Source: Lingula anatina (taxonomy: Eukaryota; Animalia; Brachiopoda). Taken from it: a DNA stretch of 64,000 nucleotides. A model generated the notes under the pieces. It was not told the DNA's origin, searched no databases, and saw only the letters and a list, made by a program, of their open reading frames with translations. Position numbers and translations under genes: made by a program. Shown here one piece after another: positions 12,020 through 24,384 of the stretch; positions within the stretch are counted from its first letter, which is position 1; every line of letters begins with the position of its first letter. The stretch covers positions 33,610,401-33,674,400 of the forward strand of contig CM120641.1 in the NCBI GenBank assembly GCA_051362555.1. Direction: 5' to 3'.

Positions 12020-13440
12020 GCTTTTGACTAAATCAAGTTATTTAGCAGGACACAAGTACAAAATTTGTATTTTAATCCATTTTTAAAGCAGAAATAGCGA
12101 AAAATGGAAAATTTGGTTGACGCCATCTTGAATTATGAATTAAAAAATTTGCATTTTTTTTTTTAATGTTTGAAAAAAGATTTTTATATAATATTAACTC
12201 AAAACATTTACTTATAATGTATGACAATATTAGGTGGGTTTGGCCAGTCTATGAAAAATGTATTTAAAAATGCCAAAATTTGGGCATTTTAGCTAAAATT
12301 TGAAATTTTGGAAATCTGCCATTTTTAGAGTTGTTTTTCTAAATTTTTAGGACTGTTTAAAATATTAAGTAATATGCATTTGACTAAATCAAGATATAAT
12401 ATTTAGCAGGATACTAAAATGAAATGTGTGTTTTATCCATGCTTGTTTAGTTTAAAGCAGAAATAGGGACATTTTGCCATTTGATTGCCGCCATCTTGGA
12501 TTAAGAATTTTAAAATTTGAATAATTTTTTGAAAAATGTGTTTGAAAAAAAAAATTATTTTTGATTAAAACAGTTCAGTATATGTACTTTCTTATGTAAT
12601 GTATGTCAATAATAGATGGCTTTGGCCAGTCTATGAAAAGTGTATTTGAAAATGGCAAATTTGGGCATTTTAGCAAAATTTTGAATTTTTGAAAATTCCC
12701 CATTTTCAAAGTTATTTTTTTAATTTTTAAAGGCCAGCAAAAAATAATATTTTTTATGTTTTTCAATTAATCAAGATTTGGGATTTAGCAACATACAAAT
12801 ATAAAATATTTGTTTAACCATGATTGTTATTTTTAATATACACAAATATGCAAAATGTGCAATTTGGTTGCCGCCATCTTGGATTAAGAATTTTAAAAAT
12901 TGAATAATTTTTTGAAAAATGCGTTTGAAAATATTTTTTTTTTGATTATAAAAGGACAGTACATGTACTTTCTTATGTAATGTATGGTGATAATAGATGG
13001 CTTTGGCCAGTCTATGAAAAATGTATTTGAAATTTGCAAATTTGGGCATTTTAGCAAAAATTGGAATTTTTGAAAATTCCCCATTTTCAAAGTTATTTTT
13101 CTAATTTTTAAAGGCCACCAAAAACATTTATTTATATGTTTTTAGTTCAAATAGGATATGATATTTAACAATGTCTGAAAATGAAAAATGTTTATTTATC
13201 CACATTTATGGTTTTTTTAGCTCAAATATAGCTGAAATTGAAATTTTACAATCTGGATTCCGCCATCTTGGGTGAAAATTTTTAAGTGCTGTTACCATGG
13301 CAACCGAGGGTGATTCAAACAAACCAATATCCATTATGTTGGTTTGGGGCTATAATGAACAAATACACCAATTTTCATCAAAATCTGAGAGGGTCATGTG
13401 CCACCCTATTCTGAACCTTACAGAGACTGCTACTTAACAT
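12020..13440. repeat. ~380-bp degenerate tandem array (3-4 units), probably the interior of a TE
   Basis: cgccatcttg recurs at 12121, 12489, 12872 and 13261, and ttggccagtctatgaaaa recurs three times. The array ends near the palindrome gttaccatggcaac (13291). Termini not resolved. Confidence 0.75.
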
Positions 13441-14093
13441 GTTAGAGGGGCTGTCTGGGCAAATTTCATTACCTCACACGTTCTTCAGCATCGTTTATTT
13501 GCCAAGTTTTCTTTCCCTTTAATTTCTTTTCAACCCTTAATGTGAGGTAAACACCATAGTTTGTTTAAAAATATTTTTTGCTAACCTATACATAATGGAA
13601 ATGAAATGTGCATTGTGAAAATCTGACCATTTTGCTTACACAAAAGCTATAAATTTTAACTTGGGGATTGCTTTTTTGTGGTTTGGACTGATGATTTAGG
13701 TCAAGCAAATACTGGTGAGAACTTGGGAATTACTGTTTACCCTCGGAAATGAGTTTTCTTATAGTTTTTGGGACTTTTTTGGCCCTGGCAGCTCTGTAAT
13801 GGCCCAATCATTGCATATTTAACCAGAGTAGAGTTTTCTCCACTGCGAATGTCTGTATTTTAAAATTAATTTCTGATTGTTCCTGTGGACTTGGTCCTAT
13901 GAAATATGTTCATGTTCTTTATATTTTTTTTTACAAATTATCCAGCTTTAATACCTTGTCTTTGAAAAAAAAATTCAGTTAACTAATAAAGGCTATGAAT
14001 TGCTCAAAATAGAATTGGTGCAATGATTATTATTGATCTCATTAGAAAATTTTTCCTTCATCATTTTGCATTTTTGTAGACATGTACAATTAA

Positions 14094-15084
14094 AGACAGT
14101 CTCAGTGGGTTAGATTAATGCATAGAAGCAGGTTCTATGTAAAACTTTGATCAGATTTGTATTTTGTGAGATTGTTTATTATTATATTAATAAGTCTGAG
14201 TCACAAAAGTCCTGTTAAGACAACTAGAATAAAGAATTAGAAAACGAAAACTATTTATCATGATTTCGGAGCACAGCCAGCAGTACTTCCGGCTCAAGGT
14301 CACGACCTCGATTTTCCCACGCTTACGACCAATCACAGCAGGCTTCAGTCAGAATGAGACAGACGTCATGACTACACAGCGAAACTTGTCAGACATGTAA
14401 GTGCCGCCTGTCCATCTTTTCGGTACATGTACCGATCAAAAACAGAAAACGTAAAGCCCAAAACGCTCTTATACACGTAACCAACTTTGTATGAGCACAA
14501 ATATTGTCATTTATTGTGAACAGGATAATATGATAATCAGATACACTTGAGACCTGTGAAGCGCATACTCACGTGTCGAGGAGTAGTTTCGCCATTGCCT
14601 CGTATGTTAGTTCTAACTCAGCTTTAAGTGTCCTCCACCACCCCACCTCCCTCCCAACATACACAGTCTGAGTGCTTCTTCGTCTGTCTCTAATTTTCTT
14701 TCGTATCTTTCGAACTGGAGTGGCTATTTTCTTTTGTCCCCTTTTGTCGCTCTCCTCTGCAGACTTGACGCGCGTCTGAGCCACGTTTGCTGTTTTGGCG
14801 CCAAATAGTAACATCCGGGTCTCAGCCGTAGTACTTCATTCATAGTAAACCGCGAGACTTAGCGAGAAATTGCGCGTTCTGAAGCCGTACTGTGAGGTGG
14901 TAGCTGAGTATTTAAGACGAGTCGTCTTTTATTATTTAATGGAACTTAAAAACGGTATTAGGTAGCTTCATTTTCTGAACGGTTTTGGATAGGATATACC
15001 TTGGTCATGATGGGAAAATTGGTGAGATTTCCAGGAAAATTCATTTTCGTGCTATTTTAAGGGTTTAACGCGCTGAGACTGTCT
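14094..15084 (-). mobile_element. Kolobok-like element, family G
   Basis: TTAA at 14090-14093 and 15085-15088. TIRs agacagtctcag / ctgagactgtct. Contains a Kolobok-type coding exon. Confidence 0.85.
14573..14814 (-). pseudogene. Kolobok-associated protein N-terminal exon
   Basis: RDRRRSTQTVYVGREVGWWRTLKAELELTYEAMAKLLLD resembles the basic 'DR.R..T.V.IG....W..LK..L.....A..LLD' module I recall from animal Kolobok ORFs. It is followed by a gtgagt donor. No further exons lie inside the element. Confidence 0.6.
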
Positions 15085-15115
15085 TTAATTGAAATTCACA
15101 ATGTCTATCTTTCAG

Positions 15116-15207
15116 AATACATCCGCAAATGGTTCAACACAACTCAGACGGAGGTTAAGAAGGCCATCACAGTAAAGTTGAACAATGTGCAAAAGACTTT
15201 TGTCTGA
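15116..15207 (+). pseudogene. Terminal exon encoding a BEN-domain-like C-terminus (probably TE-borne)
   Basis: Acceptor tctttcag, then phase-1 reading YIRKWFNTTQTEVKKAITVKLNNVQKTFV*. This resembles the last BEN helices (Y...F.....I..AI..KLNN). AATAAA at ~15492. Upstream exons not found. Confidence 0.5.
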
Positions 15208-15609
15208 ACTTCTTCAATTATTAAGTGACTAAAGCAGTATGTTGACAATGGACACGGTCTGGCCAAGGGAGGTTTTAGCCACTCATTCTGGCAGGAGTTC
15301 GAACTCACACAAGAAAAAGACAGTGACGCCACAGCTTGACAAGACATATTGGATACTTGTGATAACTTATAGAACTTATAATTAAAAAGCAGTAGCAACA
15401 CCATTAAATTTGCAAAAATCTATAAAACAATTCTCTAGTAAGCGGGTTGCATACCATACTGTGGAATACGTACATACATTTATACATATTGAATAAAGAA
15501 TGTAAACATGATATTCTCTTTTGTTTTGAGGGACCAGTGCCTATTACCAATTTTGCCAAAGATCCAACAATATATAAAAAGCTGTAAAAATATTCAAAGC
15601 AGTTAATAT

Positions 15610-15850
15610 GAATTTCTATAGGTTCCTATAAGATTTCCTATAGGATCCTATAAGAATTCCTATAGGATTTCCTATAGGATCCTATAAGATTTCCTATAGG
15701 ATCCTATAAGATTTCCTATAGGATCCTATAGGAAAAAGGGACAATTTCCTATAGGAATTCCTATAGGATTCTATAGGATATCCTATAGGAAATCTTATAG
15801 GATCCTATAGGAAATCTTATAGGAAATCCTATAGGAAATTTTCGTAAGGG
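15610..15850. repeat. Fold-back minisatellite of CCTATAGG palindromes, ending in a TIR-like ttttcgtaaggg
   Basis: Left-arm units (tttcctataggatcctataaga) are the reverse complement of right-arm units (tcttataggatcctataggaaa), around a spacer at ~15733-15747. Confidence 0.85.
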
Positions 15851-15852
15851 AA

Positions 15853-16000
15853 ACTGATCTAAATATCAAATGCCATTTCTCTTCGTCTAAAATTTCCCCA
15901 ATATCTATGTGCCATTTGTTTATTGCTTTTCTAGGGATTTTTTTAAGTTCTTGGATGTAATTTTAGTTAAAATATCTGGACGGCTTTGGAACACTCCTGC
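15853..16000 (-). mobile_element. L1/Tx1-type LINE ORF2 fragment
   Basis: Minus strand reads KIPRKAINKWHIDIGEILDEEKWHLIFRS, matching the KW..D.....E.W..IF segment just upstream of the C-terminal zinc-finger region of L1/Tx1 ORF2. Confidence 0.6.
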
Positions 16001-17560
16001 AATTTAAACTACCGATCTTTATATAACTCACAGTTACTTTTTAGACAAGTATCAAAAACTACTTTAAAGGAGAAGAGGTGCTGTCAACATACATTAAGGG
16101 GATAACGACAGCTTATATAGAAGTGTCCGTTGTTTGTCCATATACTACTGTATATATATATCCATATTTGTGTGTTTCTCTTGCCTTCTACTAATAATTA
16201 CATGTGTATCTTTTTTTGGGCTTTCATGCACATACGTACTTGCACACATACTCTCATTCACATCTAGAAATATAGCATAATATAACATGAAGGTCACAAT
16301 GAATGCTTTTGTTAAGATAAGGTGAACAGTTGCTGTTTTCTTCACCATTTGCAACTAGTATAGAATAGAGATGTGGTCATCTCCGTTGTGTGGAGTTCCT
16401 TTATTTTTCATTCACCTAGGCACTGACTATAAGAGCCCACTACTAGTGCTATAACTTAATCGGTGTCTAATATGTGATTGTCAAAAACCAGTTTGTCACA
16501 CCAGTGCCGCAGGCCTATTGGTTCCTTGAAATGTGTTATCAGTGTTGCATATATGCTGATAAAAAAGAAAACCTAGGGGCAACACTGGGTATATCTCTGC
16601 TAGTTCTGAAGATATGAGGGACAAGAAAATATGCAAAGTTCAGTTCATGGTGAAAAAGTAGGTCAAAGGTCAATTTCAAGGTCACAGTATATTACTTCTT
16701 ATTCAAGTTCAATAGCAACTATGGGCATTTCTTTGCCAATTTTGGAGACATAAAGGCCAAAAAACAAACAAATTATAGTTCATAGTAAAAAGTAGGTCAA
16801 AGGTCAATTTCAAGGTCACAGTAAGATTGCCAGTATATGACCTCCTACTCAAGTTCAATAGTAACTATATCTCTAACAGTTTTAGAGATATAAGGTCTGG
16901 CAAATTTGCAAAGTTCAGTTCATGGTGAAAATTAGGTCAAAGGTCAATTTCAGGGTCACAGTTAGATTGCCAGTACATGACTTCCTATTCAAGTTCATTA
17001 GTAACTATGGGTGAATCTTTGCCAGTTTTGGAGATATAAAGATCAGAAAACTTGCAAAGTGCAGTTCATCATAAAAAGTAGGTCAAAGTCAATTTCAAGG
17101 TCACAGTCAGATTACTAATATGACTTCCTATTTAAGTTCAATAGTAACTATGGGCGTATCTCTGCTAATTTTAGAGTATTTCTCATTTTATTTTCACCAC
17201 TGAAATAGGGATGTTGAACTTTTTTGATATAGCTAGTGCAATGCCTAAGCTGAATCGAAAACAAAAAAAAAAAAAAAAAAAGCCACCACCTCCAGTGTTG
17301 TGCTTGATAAGCTCTACAAAATGCAAAAAAAAAAACAAGAGCATTAACATTAACGGTTCCAGAATTAGAGAAAGTTTTCAGTTTCGGCATCTAATGGCCA
17401 CTACTCCCATGAAAATGCAAAGACTGACCACAAACTCATAAAGATGAAAGATAACCCAGAGGGTAACAACTACTCATAATATTCATGAAATTATCAAACA
17501 CAAGCCTAAAATTTTTTCGTACCATTATCTTATGGCCAACCTGGTCAAAGGCCTTCATCA

Positions 17561-17704
17561 GACTTTTACATTGGTGAGACAGGTAGATATTTGAAGACCA
17601 GGGTTAGTGAACACAGGAAATCAGTGACTGTAGGCAATACCAGCTCTGTCATTTCTGAACATGTAATAGACACCTGCCACAGTATACACTGGAATTCAAC
17701 TAAA
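17561..17704 (+). pseudogene. GIY-YIG endonuclease fragment (Penelope)
   Basis: DFYIGETGRYLKTRVSEHRKSVTVGNTSSVISEHVIDTCHSIHWNSTK matches the YIGETGR-L-TR--EH...EH...H-I-W pattern of PLE endonucleases. Confidence 0.9.
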
Positions 17705-17963
17705 GCCCCCTTTACACTGGACAGCGTCCCTTCTGCGTCCAGCAGTACGGCCCCATTTGAGAGTTAAAAATTATAATACTTTACGTGCCGACAACTGGCC
17801 GATCATTGAGCATTCATTCTGATACAAAATCAATGCTCGTGCCTCCTTATTTGGACCACAGCGATGCCAAATTTCATGGTCGCAGATAGGACGCAGAAAT
17901 GACATTTATAAGAGTCCTGGCCGCTATACCACCTGGCGGTCAGTGAGAGTGAACAACTACTCA

Positions 17964-18012
17964 CATCAGTCTGATGAAGGCCTTCGACCAGGTTGGCCGT
18001 AAGCTAACGGTG
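17964..18012 (+). ncRNA. Minimal type I hammerhead ribozyme-like motif (probably inactive)
   Basis: CTGATGA (17971-17977), stem II ggcc...ggcc, then GTAA in place of GAAA, followed by GCTA. Flanks catcagt / acggtg could form stem I. It lies in a PLE pLTR, where such motifs are known. Confidence 0.55.
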
Positions 18013-18585
18013 CAAAAAAATTTTAGGCTTGTATTTGAGAATTTCATGTATATCCAACAACCAAGCTAATGCACATTTTTACCCATAATATTATAGGTTA
18101 AGTCTGTGTAGTTTCTGAAAATCAGCATAAATAAAAATTTTTTCACAAAAAATTAAGATTTTTAGAAAATTTAGGCTCATTTGACCTTGAAGTAAAGGCC
18201 AAAGGTCAAATCCAAGGGCATATTTGGAATCTTCACGTATGACTTTTGGTCAAACTTCTATAGTAATTTTTCCCATAATTCCTTCAATTTGGGAGATATT
18301 TGGCATTGAATTTTCAAAAATTTTGACAAGGGTGTGTTTCACAGAGCCTCATGCCCAGGCCAATGCACTAAGTGAGACAAAAATACCTGGGGTTCAAGTT
18401 GAGATTATATGTGACCTAAATCCAAGAGATGGGAACATGGGTCCTAGTGGTCTAGGAGGAGAAGCAGTAACCGTGACTTGTATCCGGGCCAGAACATGGA
18501 GCCAGCAAAGCCAATGGAGCCATACGAGATGGGTCAAGACTAAAACCATGAGTAGCGCCGACATACACGGTGGTGGTACTAATTA

Positions 18586-19037
18586 ATGCTGTAGATGATT
18601 GGCAATGCCTAATTTTACTCAAACTCAATGGGGTTATATTCATATCATGTTAATACAGCTAGTTTTAAAGTTTGAATAGCAGCATTATTGGAATGTTTTT
18701 TGTTTTCTTTTTAATTTTTTTTAAACACTTGCATCTTCAAGGTGTGACTTTTAACTTCTATCAACCTGAAGCTCTGTACATTTTTTGTATTTCCACATAA
18801 GAATAGTATTGGTATTTATGTCTTTAAACATTACTGGGATATTAGGATTTTCATTATGTGAATTATATGGTCCTGAAAATGTAATCTTATTGACCCCATT
18901 ACCTGTTGTGTATTGATAGACTGTGCTGTTATAAGCATTATTTATTATTGCATTGCATCAATATTGACAAAATGACTTATTTTCTACATCTATTTTTTGC
19001 TTTTTGTCTGTACATTTGACAGCTTTGCTGCCTTGTT
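18586..19037 (+). mobile_element. Family C terminal fragment (diverged)
   Basis: Ends tgtctgtacatttgacagctttgctgccttgtt. Lacks the hAT MITE found in other C copies (empty site at ~18880-18895). Confidence 0.8.
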
Positions 19038-19294
19038 ATAAAAAAGACCCCCCTAAAAAACCCCTCAAAACTAAAAAGATGAACTTGTCAGTAATTGCTG
19101 ACATTCTAGAAAATACTAGCTAAAACGTTAATTATATGTACTGATTTTCCAAAGTTATTTATGTATTTGTTACAAAATCATAGTCATTTATAATGTAATG
19201 TGACAGCATTCCTTTGTTACTTGTACTCACGATGTAGCGCTAACATCATATGCATATTTTTTGTGCTATATATCGATTGCATTTTGATCTGTTT

Positions 19295-19323
19295 GCGCCC
19301 CTGATGAGGCCTCTGGGCTGAAA
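19295..19323 (+). ncRNA. Truncated hammerhead-like core
   Basis: CTGATGA-ggcctctgggct-GAAA (19301-19323). The sequence after GAAA is the Kolobok MITE TIR, so stem III and the cleavage site are missing. Confidence 0.35.
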
Positions 19324-19652
19324 GGGATAACAACTGTTCATTTTGGCCAAAAAATTAATTTTCCTGGGGTAAAGGACAATTTTCCCATACTTACCAATGG
19401 TTAATGAATCCATTCCGACATTCAAATTTAGTCCAAGGGTTTTTCTAAAAAGTTCAGTTTTTGTGTATTATTCTCTTAAGAGATTATTACAGAGTGTATA
19501 AGCCATCTATGGAGGTTACGTGATATGATGGCAAGCACAAACTCCAGAATAAATGCACTACTTTTGGTGGTAAAATAGAATTTATTATATTTCTATGAGT
19601 TGTTTGCAATGTATAGTGAAATATGGATATCTCACAAACAGTTGTTATCCCT
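19323..19652. mobile_element. Kolobok-like MITE, family B copy 2 (subfamily variant)
   Basis: TIRs agggataacaactgtt / aacagttgttatccct. TTAA on the right (19653-19656), TGAA on the left. Confidence 0.85.
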
Positions 19653-20260
19653 TTAATAAACATGGAAATAACAGATTAACTTTGTTTGTTTTCATTTCTT
19701 TCTATGTGTGTGTGTGTGTACATATAATTTTTATTTTTAGCCCCCCGCTCTCCCCCACTCACGTCACTCGGGAAAGTCGGACTCCCTGTTAATTTTTTAG
19801 GATGTAACCGATGATAATTTTAGAGTGCCGGACACCCAATCCTGGGAAAAGACCTGCATGCTATTTAGATGTGTAATGTAAAATATGCCACATCCAATTT
19901 ATAATGTTAGATTGCAATTGGGCTTATCTTGATTTCTCTCCTCTATCTGCAGGTATTTTTTTACTGGAAAAAACAATTCTCAACTTTCTTTTTGGATAAA
20001 TTAATAATAAAACAAAATCGAGATGCACTTGTAAATATATTATTATTTACCACCAGAAAGTTACATTGGAAATAGTGATTAATACCCCACAATATATGAG
20101 GAATAAGGATAAAAGCCGATAAGAAATTGACAATTGCATCATACCCAGGAGTCGGGGAACATAATATTGAAAAATTTGTCAGATTCATGCAGTCAAAAAT
20201 ATTAATTAATTCTTCAGTAACGAATTTTTCAAGTTTTTACCATAAATCTAATTTTACTAC

Positions 20261-20344
20261 CTGTGGTGTTACGGTCAATATTGCTTGTCACAGTCACAGG
20301 AGAGGTCCAACTATTGTCAGCTCCATGGGTGCTGGAATTCTTAT
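20261..20344 (-). CDS. 84-bp phase 1-1 exon, S/T/N-rich (KNSSTHGADNSWTSPVTVTSNIDRNTT)
   Basis: Acceptor ttttttctgcttctcag, donor gtagta, open frame, N-glycosylation sequons NSS and NTT. Confidence 0.55.
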
Positions 20345-20665
20345 CTGAGAAGCAGAAAAAAATCTAGACAAAAAATGGCACAGATACAAACATGAAAAAG
20401 AATCAAAGAAACAGATTCAATGCTAGAAGCAATTTGGCTCTTATTCTTTGAATAAACCTCATTTAAAAATATCAAATTATATTACAATAATGATTATGAT
20501 TTATTCCTTATGCAGTGCAACACATGTTAGTGCTGCATGCATGAGTACCTAATCATTACTGTTGGACAGGTGTGAGTAACTGTGAACTGATGCTTTTATC
20601 ACATTTTATATTGTTCCACGCTTCTGATAGTATACAGGGTGAAGGAGATATAAATGCTTACTTAC

Positions 20666-20719
20666 TGTTAGGCATTGTGAACTGCTGTAACAGTGACATA
20701 ATACTTTTCCCTTTGCTAC
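20666..20719 (-). CDS. 54-bp phase 1-1 exon (SKGKSIMSLLQQFTMPN)
   Basis: Consensus donor gtaagt, weaker acceptor tttaag, open and in phase with its neighbours. Confidence 0.45.
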
Positions 20720-20821
20720 CTTAAATTTTTTAAGATGTTAACATAAAAGAAAAAAGTAGGCTATTTTAAAAGCAATATGCATGAAAAAGGACAATAAAAT
20801 AACAAAATACAATTTTACTAC

Positions 20822-20881
20822 CTTTACCTTTTTGATCCCTGTTGCTTATAATATAAATCACTGATCTGGTGGAACTATTTC
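20822..20881 (-). CDS. 60-bp phase 1-1 exon (NSSTRSVIYIISNRDQKGK)
   Basis: Acceptor ttttctatttctcag, donor gtagta (an alternative in-frame gtaaag lies 6 nt upstream). The intron flanks resemble those of the 20261-20344 exon. Confidence 0.55.
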
Positions 20882-22159
20882 CTGAGAAATAGAAAAATCT
20901 AGACATTAAAGATGCCACATAAACAGACAAGAAATAAATTAAATCAAAGATACAGACCCTTTTTTATATAAATCTTGTTTTAAAAAATTCTATCACATAA
21001 CAGTAACAATAATTTATTTCTTGAAACTGTTCTACACATACATCCCAGTGTTGTTTATGAATTTTATTATACCTCTTCTTGAATTCTGGGCCTCTGATTG
21101 AATTGGTCAGTTAAAATGGTGCACTCTAAAAAATACATGTACCATTGTGCTTAGTACTAAGGTGTAGTGACTACCTCATGTGACCATGCAATATTACCAA
21201 TTATTATTAGTTGACCTGGGTCAAAGAGAATTTCCTGGAGAATAATCAAGTAGCTTGGATTTTGTAATTATGAACAGTTATACTAAAACTACTAGTGTGT
21301 GATTCAAAACCACATTTTAGATTAATTAAACTGCTATTCCCATGTCTTCTGAGGTCAGCACAGGCAGGCCATAATAAAACATGGCTAGTACTACAGGGAT
21401 TGAGAAGGAACTAGCTGGACAACTTCAGTATATTCAACAGACTGTTAATTCAGATATTCTGGTTACATTGATTTATGTTTGGTCTGCTTGGATGTCTCTG
21501 AATAACTGACTCAGGACTGTGTTTCAATGCATATAAGAATGTAGGCAAATAGTTTTTGAAAGAGCTGTCCTAAAGTATGGATGTGTCAGTCCTATTGTTA
21601 ACATTTTTAAGGACAAGCAATTCATTAAAAAAAAAACTGTATATGACAGCTATCTTCAATTCTGATAGATCATATTTTGTTTTACTTCTTCTTGATGGTC
21701 AGTCTGTAATTGTCCCTTGGGTAATCACTGTCTAAGTTCAGAGCCATTAAGTCATTTGCCTAATTAAGTTTCAGGTGGCCAATAAATGAGATTACATAAA
21801 ACACACATTAAGATTTCTCTGTAAACTATATAGTGGCTTAGGACTATGTGAAAAATGAATATTTCATAAAGAACTGCAGCGCTTCCAAAACAGAAAGCAA
21901 TCACACTGATTTTCCAACACAAGCTGTACCTCAGTCATATTAGGCTAGACGCTACGGGCCTGAAAACAGTTTTTATTTCCTCGGTGATCTATACTCGGTT
22001 TGACACTGGATTATGATGGGCAAATGTATGACTGTTTATTTCAGGGTGGTCATCCTATAAAATCAATGGGCCATGATATTGACAGAGGGCGCCAAAGTCA
22101 GAGAAAGGTGCAAAAAATGGACATTTTAGCCTTGTTGTCAATATTTGATTGGTAATAAC

Positions 22160-23977
22160 CAGTGTATGAAATGGCCGCCTGCCCGCCAGCCCGAGGCTGG
22201 TAACTTTCAGGCCGGGCGGGTAAGATTTGCAGATTACCCGCCCGACGGGCTGGCTATTTTTACAGCCTATTTTCACCTTTTATTTTGTCTATGTTCAGAA
22301 GCCATTTCAGCAAAATATCAAATAAACTCACTGTTTTCACCCACTTTCATAGAAGCAAAGAACTAACCATAGCTTGCAATCGAACGCTCGTATCGAAATG
22401 TAACCAACAGTCTCCCTCTCAGTTGCCTCGTTTTTGAAGTTCCGTCTGTGTGATATGAAGTTGAAAGACAATTTGAAACGAGGCACATTGTTCTTAACCA
22501 GCTTCAGTGCACAGCAGATAACGTTACGTCATTGTTTTGTGTAGAGGAGATACCGCGAGTAGCAATTTGTAGGTTGAGAGTAATAAAAATGTGAAAGTAT
22601 AAAAAGTTATGATATTGATTAAATAGACTTATAGGTACATGAAGTGCTTATAATCAACAGTAATAAAGGCAACGGAGGCAAATTAAAGGAGAATTTTACC
22701 AAAAATTTGAATCCCAAAATTATGAGTGAACGTACGAGTTTACGCCGTGCGTCAGATGTAGTTCTTTTCCCACGTGCTTTCATCTTGGGCTGTCAAAAAT
22801 GAAAAAATTCTATCAAGTCTGATAGAGAAGTTCACAAAAGAAAAACAATTGAGGAAAGATATAAAACTAACAAAGATTATGACAGAACCAAATGAAAGAG
22901 AACAAATTGGGACCAATGGAAAGGTGACTTCGATTTGCAATTAGTCGAGCGGCAACATTTTTTGTAAAACCGTAACTCGAAAGTATCACGCATTGCGACC
23001 TAGCGCAAGCATCTCGATCCAATTACTCGCCCATACTCGCCCTATATAATATATTGTAGCCTCTATGTGATATATATAGCTATATTCTCAATAAGCAATG
23101 CTTTCGGGATACGGGGCCCTGCAGGACTGTCTATGGGCCATTGGCGTGCAGGAACGTTCCCGACCCCTTTTTAAAGCTTAAAAGCGATATTCAAAGGGAC
23201 CCTACGTGTTATATTCTTTCTTCTTCATTGTTAGCACAGAGATCGATTTATTTGACAACAATATATATTTGGTCATACTTGTTGCTATACAGAAAAGCAA
23301 AAATTATGATCAAATGATATCACGAAATCGGAATAAAAGTTATGAATAAATTATTGAAAAGGAAATGAGACAGCCTGCAAGGTGAACATAAACTGAATTG
23401 ACTACCCCCGCCCTCCCCCGCCCGCTAAAGGGCCCTGAAAATTTTTTGTATTTTAAATGGTTTAGAACTATGATTCAACTAGTGAAAGTCTTATTTCAAG
23501 AGGTGAGGTTTTTTTTACAGAAATTAAAAGGGGGGCGTCAGGAGCCCCATGACCCCCTCTAAATCCAATACTGACAAGATATCATTCAGTAGAAATTCCA
23601 AACAATTTCTAAATTTCCATGCATAAGGTATGATATTGCCCTTTCATTTCCAAATTACTCTCCCAAGAATGCATTCTAGACCCCCTCAGCATTAGGACTA
23701 AGACCTTATACTTTCCTTAACATATTGGTGTGGGTATGATGGTTCCGGCAAAAAGACAGTTTTAACGGTAATATGTAAAAAAAAGCAGTATATGTGACGA
23801 ATACTCCCACCTCGTGCTGCGCTTTGTACACAGATCATAACAGAGGACCTACATGTACCTCTCTTAACTCTAGGGGTTATCATAACTAGGGCAGGTAACT
23901 ACATGGCCGGGCTGGTAACTTTTCAGAGTTACCTGCCTGGCGGTCTGGCTAGTAATTTCCCTGAATTTCATACACTG
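22160..23977. mobile_element. hAT-like non-autonomous element (~1.8 kb)
   Basis: Perfect 13-bp TIRs cagtgtatgaaat / atttcatacactg. GC-rich subterminal repeats (gggctggtaacttt, ttacccgccc) at both ends. An 8-bp TSD is not clearly preserved. Confidence 0.7.
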
Positions 23978-24384
23978 TTATTACGTAAATTTACAAGCGA
24001 CTTCAATCCCCAAAATCTTAGTCCATTTAGTAGTCCTCTACACATTTCCAGTAAACCATCAGATCAAGGTTTAAGTAAGAATATGACAGATATGAGTCTT
24101 TGCCTTCTGGTCTTGTATATCTACCTTCTCGAAAGTCATATGGCCTTGGAATGTCTTGGGGCTTGATTGATCTAAAGACAAGTGGATGGAAGGTCCATAT
24201 TTCTGCCTCTTATCTATGTTGGATTCAAGGGTAGATATTTCTTTTCGTTTGGCATTCTACATGCAAAATCCTCTTCTTGCTTGTTTCTTATTAGGGGTGG
24301 TACTTATATATTGCTATGAGGATACACCGATACACCGAGTCTCTTCATCATTCACTGTTTTGGCTTCCAAAAAGGCACTTCCAA

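Larger units (their letters stand above)
17484..18079 (+). mobile_element. Penelope-like retroelement fragment with an inverted pseudo-LTR
   Basis: Inverted repeat ~17481-17563 vs ~17968-18050. Flanking duplication tac(t/c)cataatatt at 17471-17483 and 18080-18092. Contains a GIY-YIG coding fragment and hammerhead-like cores. Interrupted at ~17704 by a Harbinger-like end (taa-agccccctttacac). Confidence 0.85.
16580..18585 (-). mobile_element. Diverged family A element (copy 3), interrupted by a Penelope fragment
   Basis: About four degenerate AGGTCAAAGGTCA units (16600-17170). The unique region is homologous to 3840-4583 and ends ggtggtggtactaatta. Left end uncertain; a candidate actag + hairpin lies at 16354. 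Confidence 0.75.

Noticed and set aside
19961-20230. Possible LINE ORF2 C-terminal remnant
   Set aside because: Only a vague resemblance, with no diagnostic motif or tail.
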